Source: Octopus sinensis
Lineage: Eukaryota
NCBI RefSeq assembly: GCF_006345805.1
Contig: NC_043000.1
Location: forward strand, 44,082,001 to 44,146,000
Length of the DNA: 64,000 bases
Reading direction: 5' to 3'
This document shows, piece by piece, positions 35,415 through 48,399 of this stretch. A program made the position numbers and the translations under genes. Every line of letters begins with the position of its first letter. The first letter of the stretch is position 1. The notes beneath the pieces are model-generated. The model searched no databases, was not told the DNA's origin, and saw only the letters and a list, made by a program, of their open reading frames with translations.

Positions 35415-38400
35415 ATATTTTTTTAAATGTCTTACTTTGAAAAATTGCATTCGGTGGGATTAGTAATATTTTTGGTAGAAATGACTAATTGTCCCTCTTA
35501 GCGTTTGGCATGTATGTATAATGCCTTCTGGCATGTATGTATAATGCCCTCTATATATAAATTAATATGTTCAATAAGAAATAATTATTTTCGAAATTTT
35601 TTCTCTTATGAGGTTTTTTACGCTATCTACCTGACAATTTCTTGTTAAGTTTTCCTTATTAAGTAGTTATCCTTAATTGCTAAATGTATATATATATATA
35701 TATATATACATTCGTTATTATTTTGAAAACATTATAATTAAAAGCATGACATTTATACATAAACGCATATAATTAACTAGCTAATCGATAAAACTAGGAA
35801 TTCGGAACACGAAACAAAGAATCAGCCAGAAGATGAAGTCATATATAGATGCAATAATATGCCACTTAAGACACGTAAAAAAAATATGCAAAACATACCA
35901 TTCAACAACATTAGCCTGTAGTATTTACACATGTGAATGCATATAAATGTATATACAATCAATGTCATTTTTACAAATGCATACACATTGACTAGCACAT
36001 GCATTATTTATATGCATACATATGATATATACATATGCGTGTACTTACGTGAAACATCACAAATCACTCATTGTATAGATGGCCATATTTTATAATCTAA
36101 ATTACAATGACCAGGATATTTCATTGAGATGCAAGCTGGCTCGTTCCTTATTAATTAGGGAAATAAAATCTAAAGAACATAAATAACTAATCGATTATAA
36201 CTAAATTAGTAAGAAATAGCAATGTTTACTGAAGCGGAATTTGAAATAAAGAACCATAAAAATGCAAACATCAATTTAGCTGATTATGATGCCATATGGT
36301 GCCTTGAAGCATTAACTTTTAAGTCTTAATTGCTTAAGAATTCTTATTTCAAAACAAATCATCGAATACATCATGGAAATCCAATTGCCAAAGCAATATC
36401 AAGAAGAAAATTGACCTTTTAATGGGGATCCATTGAAAGTCGGTGTCAAAAATAGTATTCGCTCGTGGAAATATGAGTTTTCTGTAATAATGTCTGGTGA
36501 ACTACATTGTTTAATATTGGAATGGCTCATTCTAGCAATGATATTCTTGTTACATATAAGTTAATCGATATAAGTTGCTATATCTATATCTTAGAGCACT
36601 ACATCTGAAAGAGTTAACTTCTGGTGTCAATTAGCTTGTCAATATGTGCAACAAACTGCTATTGGCATCCTGTTCTTCATTTAATTGGTATTATTATGTG
36701 TATAAAATTTAGCGCATTTAAATGTTGTTCTTGGTCACTCTGATGTATTGTATTAGATGCATATACAATTCTTGTCTATATCACAGTTATTCCGAGTATT
36801 TGACAGTGGATGTGAAACTTGCACTTGATTATTAGAAGTTTGTGATTTTTTAGGTGTGCTATTTCAGATAGTGTGCAGGCACGAAATACATATACATCAG
36901 GGACGGGGAAAGAAGGTACTAACTCATATCAAAATTTTCTTCGAAACATATAACAAAGATTATTTTGGAGATCATAATATATTTTTTTATTATTTTTTAA
37001 AGAAATAACGTTTTCAATAGTTAAAAGTGTTTTGTTCTATATATAAGATTCTTAATATAAACTAATGGTTATGTATTTGTCACAGAAATGCAATCTTTTA
37101 CAAGGGCTTGGTAACCAAAGATGAATATGCTTAAATATCAATTTGGGTAAAGGTGTATCAGCGCTTAATTTTGACGTTAAACAGTATTTTGAAACTGAAA
37201 GAGCACACCTACAGGAACTCTGTAAAAATCTTAAAGTACTGGTTATATTGTGCATTACTTCTACCATTAGTCATTTGTGTATAGGAAACGGGCTCAATGC
37301 TATTAAATATACACATATACGCACATATATACATACACAAACCTACATACATACATACACCTACAAACACATATATAAAGCATAAACGTGTACATACACG
37401 TACACGCACGCACATATATATATAGATATATGTGCATAAATACACATATATATAAATATATATGCATAAATACACACATACATACAAAAACATGCATACA
37501 CACGCTTACATATCCAAAGACATAAGCATATACAAACGCATATATATATGTATGTATATGTATATATACATATATATAGAAACACATTTATACACATATA
37601 CATCTAAAATATACATAATATATACACATCCATTTTACGAAATTTTTTGTCCGAATCATAATCTCCGTGTTTTTCTACGTATTTCGCAAAAAAAAAAAAC
37701 AGGTTTAAAAAAATGAGAAACGAAGAAATTGGGAGAGAATTGAAATTTTAAAATGCAAATTGTTTTACAGATTCGGAATTCCCGTACTCGATATAGTGGA
37801 TTCGTGTAAAAAAACCGAAAGGAGGTTCGGTCCCTATCGTTTACCTCCACATTCGCAACCATATTTCGCAAGTTATAAATTTGCAAGTAATGTATATGGT
37901 TTGCAATATAATCCCAATTTATTGCATCTCAGGCAAGGATTTTAATAAATGGAAAACTTCGAAATCCTTCAATGCATATGTGAGCGCATGTACATTTTTG
38001 ATTGTGACACGACACTCAACAAACGGTGGATGATTTCACACTAATGTTAATATTTTTCTATACAAATGAGAAATATATTAGCAGTATCATACTTTATAAA
38101 ATCATTTCATTACAGGAACAAATTAAAATTCATCTCAATGATGACCAAACGTAAACAGAATCAGATGAGTAAACAAAGAATATAATAAAAGAAGGTTATA
38201 TCTACGATTTGTTGTTGTACAAAGCACTCCATGCAGCACCTGTTCGTTCATGTGACAAGATAAGTAATAGGCGACGGAATCGGGCTTCGAACCTTGTTTT
38301 GAGGCATGTAACTATCTAACAGTCACTTACTCTACCTGTCTGTCGTATCTCTCTCTTCCTCTCTCTCTCTCTATCTATCTATCAGTCAATCTCTCTCAAT

Positions 38401-38895
38401 ATATATATACCTGTACATGGTCACGTACATATATATCTGTGTGTGTGCATGCATGCATGCATAAGCATGAATACATGTATATGCATATATTTGTGAGTAA
38501 CAAATAGGTACAGATGTCAATTCATTACCACCGTACCTAACGACTCCTTCAATTCATTAATGAGAACATACCTTGTTGCAAAGAAACCGTTTTTGTCAGA
38601 TGAATTCATGATATTCAAACATAAAGGACAGTTCAATTTATTTAACACAATTAACAAATTCACGGATTTAAATATTTGGATTGATCCTGCTCCCATTCAG
38701 TTGACAGAATGAACTTAACAGAAAAATTTAGGGATTCATAGAGTTTATAATAGGGAAGAAGATAATTGACACAAATGATCCAGTTATCTAATCTTCTACC
38801 TATAGATCGTCTCGATTTTTATCTCAAGTAAGGTGTTTATGAGTACTAGGTGTTTACGAGACTAGGTAAGCCTACAAAAGTTTGAAAGGTAAAGG

Positions 38896-39016
38896 GACGA
38901 TACTTCGGCTTAATTATGGCAAAATTGGCCAGGAATATGGTAGTAATAATGGAGGGAGTGGTGGGGATGGGATGATACTGAGTAGATAGCAGAAGCTGCT
39001 TTACTTAGATTCATTA
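38896..39016. repeat. Left arm of ~120-bp imperfect inverted repeat (partner 41448-41566)
   Basis: gacgatacttcggcttaattatggcaaaattggcc...ttacttagattcatta versus the reverse complement of 41448-41566, about 80% identical by eye. Confidence 0.85.
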
Positions 39017-39740
39017 CTTTCAGAAATATTGGAATAAAATTCTAAAATAATATACAATAGATGTGGTAATAAGATCACATTGATAATTTAAGTAAATACT
39101 CTTTCATGCAATTTGATATCAAAAGTTACTATTCTAGCATCTCCCCTATTCTGAATAAGTCCATGACTTTTGGTAAAGGCTTCTCTCATTTGAGTAGGAA
39201 TAAAATACATATTATTCTCTTAGGTAGGAAAAGCATTATCTAATTTGAGGGTAAACTCAAGAAGTGACAAATCTGATAATTTTGATATTGCCATGGGTTC
39301 AAGCGACTCAGCTCAGGTTACGAATTTACCTGGTGCTTATCACCTACACTGTCCTAGTAAAGAATTCCTTGAACTGCATGGTGGCCTATGTAGAGAAGAC
39401 GCATTAATTATTATACCAAATATTAGTAAGGCTGTTATAGAAAGAATGAGGAAGAAAATTAGAAAATGTTTGAAACACTTTAACCTACTTCTCACTTTTG
39501 GAGAAAAAAGTAGTTATTTTCTTAAACACCGCATCAAATATAAATTCTTTTTTATATCATCCATATAGAAAACCAGAGGAGATTATCTGGTATGTAAAGA
39601 GATCCTCAAGCCACCCCCTAATGTATTAAAATCACTAATAAATGAAATTTTGAAAGGAATTACGCAATTATCAAAAAATATAGATATATTTAACCCATAT
39701 TCTCACTCATATAAATCTGCTCTAACAAAGGCAAGATGCA
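39000..39740 (+). mobile_element. Degenerate Penelope-like RT fragment
   Basis: SFMQFDIKSYYSSIS, FDIAMGSSDSAQVTNL, GLCREDAL (YRDD-equivalent), SSSHPPNVLKSL and YKSAL motifs match PLE RT across several frames. Confidence 0.75.
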
Positions 39741-41447
39741 ACTTTCATTCTTGTTTTGAGGTGTGTATCTATTTAACAGTCATTTTCTTCGCCTGTCTAA
39801 TAGACACTTCCTACCTAAAAGTCACTTTCTCAGCCTGAGAGCTCTGAAGCCTATAATATTAACTTAACAAAAGAGTCAGATAGCTAAGACTAAATCGAAC
39901 AATATTAACAAGGAAATTATGAATATTGTCTATTCTAATAGTTCACCTAATACAAATAGCGACGCTAGGCATAATGATAAATTATTAAAAATGAACATAA
40001 CGCCAGACGCTCAACTATCCTAGCATATAGGTCTAGACATATTGGGATTGAGAGCCAGAGATATAATATTTATAGAATATATATATTAAAGAGGGAATAA
40101 TGTCTAGTATACCTAATAATTGCGATGATATAAATGGGATGAATAAGGTCAATACTAACAATAATATAAACACTTATAGAAATTGCATAAATAGCGTAAA
40201 TAACAATTTATCTAGATGTTCGGGAGGTAACAGACAGGCTGACAGAGTCTATTTTAGTAAAAATCTGAATACTGAGAAAAATGATATTGTCAGGTATAAT
40301 ATTATTTCTTTATATAACAAACAATGGTGTATGAATAACTTGTTCGCCACCCAATTCATTTATACCTTATACATTGAAACTTCTCTTTCTAAATTGTGAT
40401 ATTCCATATATTTAATCTCTTAACTTTACATGGAATACTGAGTTTATAACTCCATTGGTTAAACATTGAAACTCTATATAGCAATTAATATAACGTCCTT
40501 CCACTAGAACTGCATTACTTCATAAATTTATTTTTACTTCTTAATTTGTTATTTGCTTTTCTCTTCCTAATTATATCCTTCTTCCGTTATAGTTTATTAT
40601 TTGTTGAATCATTGTTGAATCATTGTAACCGTTCGTAAATTTTGACAATTTTTTGATAATCTTGAAATATCAGATTTTTTAATATTCTTTTTAACATATC
40701 AACATTCCATTGCTGGTTACCTTTAATAATACTTATATGATCTACTAGATCTAGTATACATTTTGTAAATCATACTTATAACACCCAATCGTGATTTGAC
40801 TTAATAAAACATTTGAGTTGAAATGATTATTCTATGACTTAAATTAAGAAATAATTATTGATAACTTAAAATGCTATAACCCAGAAAATTTACACCTTAT
40901 TAATTATTACAATATGTATCTACCTATTTCCTAAATCAATTCCTTCCATATATGGTGATAAAAAATATGATTTTATCTTTAGTACCAGTGGTTTTTATAT
41001 TTCGCATTTCCCCAGAGTACAAAATGTATCCTTCTATTAACTATTATTAATTATTTATCTTTATGTATTTTTATTGTATACCTTACAAACATTTGTAAAA
41101 CCTTTTCTCACTTGTAGCTTTATTTACATTAAATTCTGGTATGTTTATTTTTATTTCTACCTCTTTATTTAAAATTATATTCTTGTTATAATTTCTTTTA
41201 TACATATATACATTTATAATTTCTTACATATTTTTATATTAATTATATTTTTATATATCTGCATTTTTCCTATGTTTGTATATTTTATTTGATTAGTTTT
41301 TATACTTTTAGATATTTTATAATCTTTACAATTAAAAAAAATATATATTATTTTATATATTCTTTTATATATGATATTTCTTTAAATATTATATACACTT
41401 ACAGTTTATATTTTATATTCGGAGTTACCAGATGTCGTTTTCGCTAC

Positions 41448-41566
41448 TAATGAATCTAAGTAAATTCTGCTATCTTTTTCTCAGTATCATCACCTCCCCA
41501 TCAATCTCTCCATTATTACTACGTTATGCCTTGGCCATTTTGCCATGATTAAGCCGACGTATCGTC
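41448..41566. repeat. Right arm of the inverted repeat
   Basis: See 38896-39016. Confidence 0.85.
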
Positions 41567-42073
41567 GTATCACTGTTGATAATTTTGTAGACTTATGAAC
41601 CAGGTCTGATATTCTCTTAATACTGTTGAGTATGCATATTACTCAGGCCTAATTAATATTGTTGAGTATAAACATGTTACTCAGACCTAATACACTGCCT
41701 CGATTTCTCTACAAAATTCAGCTGAATCTTAATATGTATTTATTTATATATATCCACACAGACAAATACACACACACACATACACAAATACACCCATGCA
41801 TACGTACAGACAGACGGGCAGTCAGACAGACAGATAGATAGATAGATAGAGAATTCTCAAACAAGGAGAGTATTGACAGTATATTCGACGTTTCGAGCAG
41901 CTGAGCCAGCACGGCCCGGTGTATAGCTTAGAATGGGAAACTTCGAAGTCTCTATTAAGTCTATTTTTGCTACAGAGAAATAAATTTGTACTCTATAATA
42001 TCATATTGAGTAATATTTCAATTCAATGTAAAATTGCATCTATTGTAACAGAAATACAAACATTAATATGTAC

Positions 42074-42445
42074 GTGTTTGTGTGGTAAGTAGCTTGCTTA
42101 CCAACCACATGGTTCTGGGATCAGTCCTTCTGTGTGGTACCTTGAGGAAGCGTCATCTACTATAGCTTCGAGGTAACCAATACGTGTGAGTGGATATGGT
42201 ATACGGAAACTGAAATAAGCCCATCGTATACATATATGCGTGTGTATGTGTGTATGTATTTGTCCCCCCACCGTCACTTGACAACTAATGTTAGTGTGTT
42301 TACGTCCACGTAACGTACCGGTCTGGCAGAAGTGACCATTAGAACAATGACTAAGCTTACAGAGAATAAGCCCTGGAGTATATTTGTTCGGCTAAAGGTG
42401 GAGCTCCAGTTTGGCCGCAGGCATGATATCTGAAACAAATAAAAG
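42074..42445 (+). mobile_element. tRNA-derived SINE
   Basis: tgtggtaagtagcttgcttaccaaccacatggttc head, internal (TG) tract, 3' tail taaagg..ctccag..ggccgcag..tgaaacaaataaaagag (also present on the 17855 SINE). Confidence 0.85.
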
Positions 42446-42549
42446 AGTAAAAGAAAAAAGAATATATATATATATATGTTATATATATGTTATATATATA
42501 TACACACACACACATTTAAACGGTTACATATATATATATATATATATAG

Positions 42550-42580
<31 letters not shown>

Positions 42581-42582
42581 GT

Positions 42583-42862
42583 GGAGGCGCAATGACCCAG
42601 TGGTTAGGGCAGCGGACTCGCAGTCGTAGGATCGCGGTTTCGATTCTCAGACCAGGCGTTGTGAGTGTTTATTGAACGAAAACACCTAAAGCTCCACGAT
42701 GCTCTGGCAGGGGTGGTGGCGATCCCTGCTGCACTCTTTCGCCACAACTTTCTCTCACTCGTTCTTCTGTTGGCCTGCTCGCTTAACCAGCGAGGTGGCG
42801 TCATTTGAAGGCTAAAACAATGCGAAACGCATTGTAACCAGCGATGTGAAATAACATCTGAC
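42583..42862 (+). mobile_element. tRNA-derived SINE followed by (GACGGT)n
   Basis: A box TGACCCAGTGG and B box GGTTTCGATTC; head matches the 17855-18086 copy. Confidence 0.88.
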
Positions 42863-43569
42863 GGTGACGGTGACGGTGACGGTGATATATATGCATACAT
42901 ATATATGTAAGTATATATATATGTATATATATATGTGTATATATATATGTATATATATATGTATATATATATATATATGTATGTATATATATATATATAT
43001 TCTGTATATATATATATATATATTTATATATTCACACACATATCAATTTATTTACTTTTTTGTCGATATAGCCATGTTGGTGTTGCAACTACAAGTGTCA
43101 TTGGTTACGTTCTTATATTTACATGTTTGTTTTGGAATACTATTTTTTGTTTTGTTTTGGGCGCGGTTGCGTCGATCTACTTTGAAAAATATAATCTTTT
43201 GCACACTACCTTCAGATTCACTATTGAATTTATTACTTGTTACTTTGATCTTTGTGTCTTTGATGTGATATGGAAGCATGTCAAACATAATGTACATGAG
43301 GCGAAGCTGTTGCTGAAGTGATATGGGAATTTTATAGTCTAGTTTAAGTGACTATAATAAACACTATTGCATTGATAAAAATTGAATATTAATATAACCT
43401 ATATGTACTGAGTTGAGTAAAAACAACTGAGTGACAATTGCGCCGTGTTTTGAAAATATGCTAAGCGTGAAAGTGTAAATAACGAATTACATACTTTTTG
43501 TTCATGTTTAAACCAACACGAAATCACGCACATAGACGTTATAAAAACTGTATCAACATAGCCTATGAT

Positions 43570-43860
43570 AATCTGAAAGATGGCGTTGCCCTCCAGAAAC
43601 AGTTCCGCAACCATAGGATGAATTTGATTAGATAAAATGCTTAAATAGTCTTGATCATTAATTCTGCCATGAAGGGAAACCATTGGGCCGGCGGATTTCT
43701 AAGATATTGCTCACCGGATCATCACAGATCCTCCTTTAGTTGGAAGAAGGCAGTTTGGTCAAATGCTTCCTCTAGCTCTTTCCACACGTATACTCGGCCG
43801 GTGAAATAATTTAAGCGATAAGAGATTGCTCCACGATCACATTAGGGAAGAAGCTGAGGA
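43570..43860 (-). mobile_element. Tc1-like transposase fragment
   Basis: GRVYVW...GGSVMI...GPMVSLHGRINDQDYLSILSNQIHPMVAELFLEGNAIFQ (region leading to the second D of DD34E). Confidence 0.85.
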
Positions 43861-46063
43861 TGTGTGTTTTGCCCATGCAACAGCATGGACCCTAAGTAAG
43901 GTATATAAAATTAGAATGAAATCATTTCGGTAGTTCTCGAGTTTTTGTGATGCACATATACATATCAACATACAGAGAGACAAAGAGACACACATACTTA
44001 GTTTTTATATATAGACGTAGTTACAATTAGCCCATTATATATGATCTACATTATTAAGTACATGAAAAACTACATCGACCATAACATCCAATGTCAGTAT
44101 GAGGACCAATTATAAAATATACATATAAGCATCAAACGTGTATTCTCTAATCCTGTCTTCACTATAAGTAAAAAGTGCTGGACTAATATCTTTAAATTCA
44201 CAATCTTTGTGAGCATTTAAATGTTGTTGTTATTTCTGATAGTGACAGCGTCTATTATACAGTAAGTATATAGATGCACTCAAATGATAATGCTATCTGT
44301 TCCTAGCGACTAAGTGCTCTGTCCCTACTATATTGTTGATTCGCTGTATTGGAAACATACTGATTGTATTTATACCAGACAGCTAGATTGCATTAAGAAC
44401 ATGATTATCAAGATTATTTGCAAAACTAACATGTCAACACATTACAACTAAACCCAAAGTTTTACATTTTTACTCATCCATGCTCATTGCAGCTAACGTT
44501 TCGTGTTTTCTGATCGAAGAAGCTACAGACTATATTCAACTAATACAGTTTGATAAAAGCTCCTCTATCCGTTTGTATTTTAATTCATCCTGTATATACC
44601 CTTACGATAACCGGTTGTGTAATGTTTCCGACGAACATAGTATTAGGGAATTCATTCATTTGAAATTTTGGTTACCAAAAATGCACAAACTGACGCTCAA
44701 ATTGTAAACCATCGAATTTGTCAATCTAGAAAATCCTGCAACAATTATGCTTGCTCTAAGTATTTCCTTCATTCAATAATGGTTTCCAAATCAGACACAT
44801 CGCCAGAAATTTTAAGAGGAATGGAAGTAGTTGAATCTGTTAACCGTAATACATTGCGGTAAATGTTTTATTGACGCTGGTATTATGAAAGACGAATTTA
44901 AACAGCGAAATTTTAACAGATTATAAACTCTCAGAGGTACTATCACTAGGCATTGTATTAAATACACAACTATTAAGTTAAAGCACATCTGTAAATAAAT
45001 ATAGTAAAATTAATTTGTTTAAAAATAATTAAAATGGCAACTGCGGCGTTATAAATATATTTTCACGTTTAATATTCCACATCACAAAGAAAGCTACAGC
45101 CAATATTTGCATCAGTTAAACATTCTTACATGGATCTGAAAACGCCATTATGTACCCCTTTCCTTATAGCATAAAATATATTGTAATCTGGAAAATACAA
45201 CTATGAATGAACTTAACGTTTCCCGCTTGTTTTATACACAAAACACTAGATGTATCACAGGGACGCTGTCATCTCTTACTGCGTGTATTGAGTATTTATG
45301 TGTGACAGAATATCTCCGTATGGGAAGAGCTAAGTTTCCCAAAGAAAACGAAATGCGAGGAACCGTTACTGAAACTTTATTTTACGATTAAGGGGAAGAT
45401 GACGAATAATGTTGATATCGACAGGAATAGGAGCCAGGGCATACGGATTTTGAAATGATATTGAACTGCATTCTGTTTGATAGTCACACGAATCTGCCAA
45501 TTCCCCATCTTCATTTTAAATAAATATCACACATTATAAAATCTTTTCTTAAAACTTTTCCTTCTGCAATTAACTTGTAGCCTTAAAAATACAGGTGCTA
45601 CAGTACACCTGTTCATGTTCTTCGAGTGGGCAAATCATAAAATTCTTGGTTAAATTAAAAGTCTTCTCAGTCTTATTTTATTCCCATGACTATAATATTG
45701 CATGGGATCAGATTCTTCTAAACTAAACAAGTATAAACACATTTCCTTATAAACATTTGTAGTTGTTCTTCATTTAGTTTAAAATTCAATTTCGAAGCAG
45801 TTTATTGATATAATTTGTCATTTGTTTGTTCAGTTCGTTGACACCTCTCGTTTATCAATACTCTCCTTCAAATAAATGCTCTGTTTTATGCAACTGGGAG
45901 TAATCGCAGTTAAATGGAAGCCCGAAAGGAATTAATAAGCACTATTACTAGCAGGATTGTCCAAACATTATCAAACGAATAATCTTTTGGTAATCTAATA
46001 TTGTTAATAATGATAATGAGAATGATAATAAAAACGCATGTCGTTGCAGTAGCAGCAACTACT

Positions 46064-46117
<54 letters not shown>

Positions 46118-46147
46118 AATATACTGAAATTTTCTTTTTCTTCGCCT

Positions 46148-46181
<34 letters not shown>

Positions 46182-46233
46182 GCTACTACTACTACGACCT
46201 CCACCTTCACCCCCAATAATAATAATAATAATG

Positions 46234-46735
46234 GGGATTTGAAGCACATGGTACAATCATCGAGTCGAAAGGGTGCTAGAGTTGGAGAAGTTTAAGATTT
46301 TCTGCGAGTTTCCTTTTCAAACGGACAAGAAGTTAGAAAATAATCGACCAGACATAACAATTATAGGTAAGGAAAAACAGAGTTGCTTACTTACGCCCGT
46401 TTGATTCCAGGACCTAAAGAAAGAGGACATCTTCCGCCCCCACATGCCCGTTTGAAATAGGAAGAATTTGGGATATGTGGACAGTAAATGTCGTGCATAT
46501 AATAACTGGGGCATTGAGAACAGTAAGTAAAGATATAGAGAAATGGCTGAAGGAGATTGAAATAGAATGCCCGGTAGAGCTTCCCCAGAAGCTTTGTCTC
46601 TTAGGGACAGCAAGGATTATGAGTGTTCTAAGCACTTGAAACACTGCAGAAAACTTGTGGATACATAAGTTCACGGGTGGTAATCCGCTACCCACATAAA
46701 TCCTACCAGAAATAAGACCGAGCCTGAGCCAAAGC
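46234..46735 (+). mobile_element. Dong/R4-like 3' fragment (RLE + 3' UTR)
   Basis: WYNH...FPFQTDKKLENNRPDITII...ITGALRTVSK...LLGTARI; preceded by (TAA)n. Confidence 0.8.
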
Positions 46736-46830
46736 AAAATAAGAATGAGAAGAAGAAGATGTAGTAATAGTAGAAGAAGAAGAAGAGAAGAAGAAGAAGA
46801 AGAAGAAGAAGAAGAAGAAGAAGAAGAAAA

Positions 46831-47429
46831 TGCCCTTAAGCAGTACCAAGCAGTGGCTCTCATGGAAGAAGAAGGCGGGAGAGGGGGACCAGGAGGAGGA
46901 GGAGGAAGACGATGTTAGCAATAACAAGAAATGCCATCATGTAATATAGGGCAGTAGTTCTCATGTCTCCTGATTTTAACCTGAGTGATAACATATGCAC
47001 GTTTTGGCCCCGTGGAAAAGATAGACTGCAGCAGATTTTCTGCTCAATAAAGCAGCTTTGCTTCTTAGCAAGTTGACCAGAAGATGAGGATATGAGTATC
47101 TCGCATCACGAGCAGTAAGAGTACTTCATAGCAATGTTTTGAGATTACTGTGGGGCGGGGAGTGTGAATAAGTCCCCCCTAGAAATATTGGTATTTCATT
47201 AATCATCCTTAAACAACTGCTATTCAGGGACCCTTTTGAGCGAGATGGACAACTCGACCCCAAGAAAATTCTAAATAGTCCTCACCTTGTGCTATATTTC
47301 TTGATATGAGATCACTCTGCTTACTGCACACTATCAGACGTGTTATCATGATGGGGTGAGGGTATATTGACCTTCATATATTTGAGTCCCTTATATTTGC
47401 GTCACTTTGATGGCGAACGTTCTCTCGCA
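46831..47429. mobile_element. Diverged copy of the ~555-bp TAA-embedded element
   Basis: Shares tgccct..gcagtacca.gcagtggctctcatgg at the start and gtcactttgatggc at the end; ends in (TAA)n. Confidence 0.75.
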
Positions 47430-47458
47430 TAATAATAATAATAATGATAATAATAATA

Positions 47459-47512
<54 letters not shown>

Positions 47513-47580
47513 TAATAATAATAGAAGAAGAAGAAGAAGAAGAAGAAGAAGAAGAAGAAGAGAAGAAGAAGAAGAAGAAG

Positions 47581-47612
<32 letters not shown>
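47430..47612. repeat. (TAA)n then (GAA)n microsatellites
   Basis: Direct reading. Confidence 0.95.
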
Positions 47613-47624
47613 GGAGGAGGAGGG

Positions 47625-47920
47625 GAAATAAACAACTATGACGATTTGAAGAGGGTGTATGAAATTTGGGTTTAATAAGGAGAGTAGTCATGATAACAAT
47701 AGCAATTGGTGCACTTGGAATTATCAACACTCACCTACAAACATGGGTGAAAAATATTGCTGCAAGTGTGAACGTAGAACAGATACACAAATCAACATTT
47801 CTTGGAACTGCAAGAATTCTTCGCTAAGTTCTTGACCAGTAAAGAAATGTGACCATAGTCAGCTGGCTGAGGACAGCTGACACTTTCTATCATACCCTGC
47901 AAAATAAACTGAGGTTTCAT
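47625..47920 (+). mobile_element. Dong/R4-like 3' fragment
   Basis: NYDDLK...IAIGALGII...STFLGTARILR; followed by (TAA)n. Confidence 0.75.
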
Positions 47921-47926
47921 ATAATA

Positions 47927-47986
<60 letters not shown>

Positions 47987-48399
47987 TAATAATAATAATA
48001 ATAACAATTGGGGGACAGCTACGTGTTGAGTAGAATTATTTGGGATTTTAATAATTCACCTCTGGAAACATAGGTGTTTTGTTCATCATCCCTAAACAAA
48101 GAACTCCTTGAGTAGGATGGGCTATTCAGATTGTTTGGCTAGACATCGCCTTTGCTTAAGAGGAGATAATATTCGGAATTAGAAAAAAGCCCTGAAAACG
48201 ACGTATTGCATATGTTGGGCGTATAAAGAAAAAAAATTAAAAAACACGAAAATAATGTTGTAGATTATAGGGATGATAGTTTTGGCAGTACTGGTGTAGC
48301 ATATCTTTGGTTTAGCATTGAGCATCCTCACTGAAGTGTTGCTTATCAACGTAGAAATGTTTTTGTTGGTCTCTTTTGTGTCTTTTTCTTTCTTTTTGC

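Larger units (their letters stand above)
32481..35685. mobile_element. 482-nt-unit hammerhead-containing repeat (retrozyme/pLTR-like): minus-strand block 32481-33232 joined head-to-head to plus-strand block 33233-35685, interrupted by a 1.7-kb insertion
   Basis: Near-identical units; HHR-to-HHR period is 482 (32597 to 33079). Orientation switches at tacatccggata|tactttgaaaaattgc. (TA)-rich microsatellite on both sides. Confidence 0.9.

Noticed and set aside
41884-41920. GCTCGAAACGTCGA on the minus strand, resembling an HHR 3' half
   Set aside because: No upstream CTGANGA box.
44480-44870. Non-repetitive short ORFs
   Set aside because: No recognisable domain on either strand.
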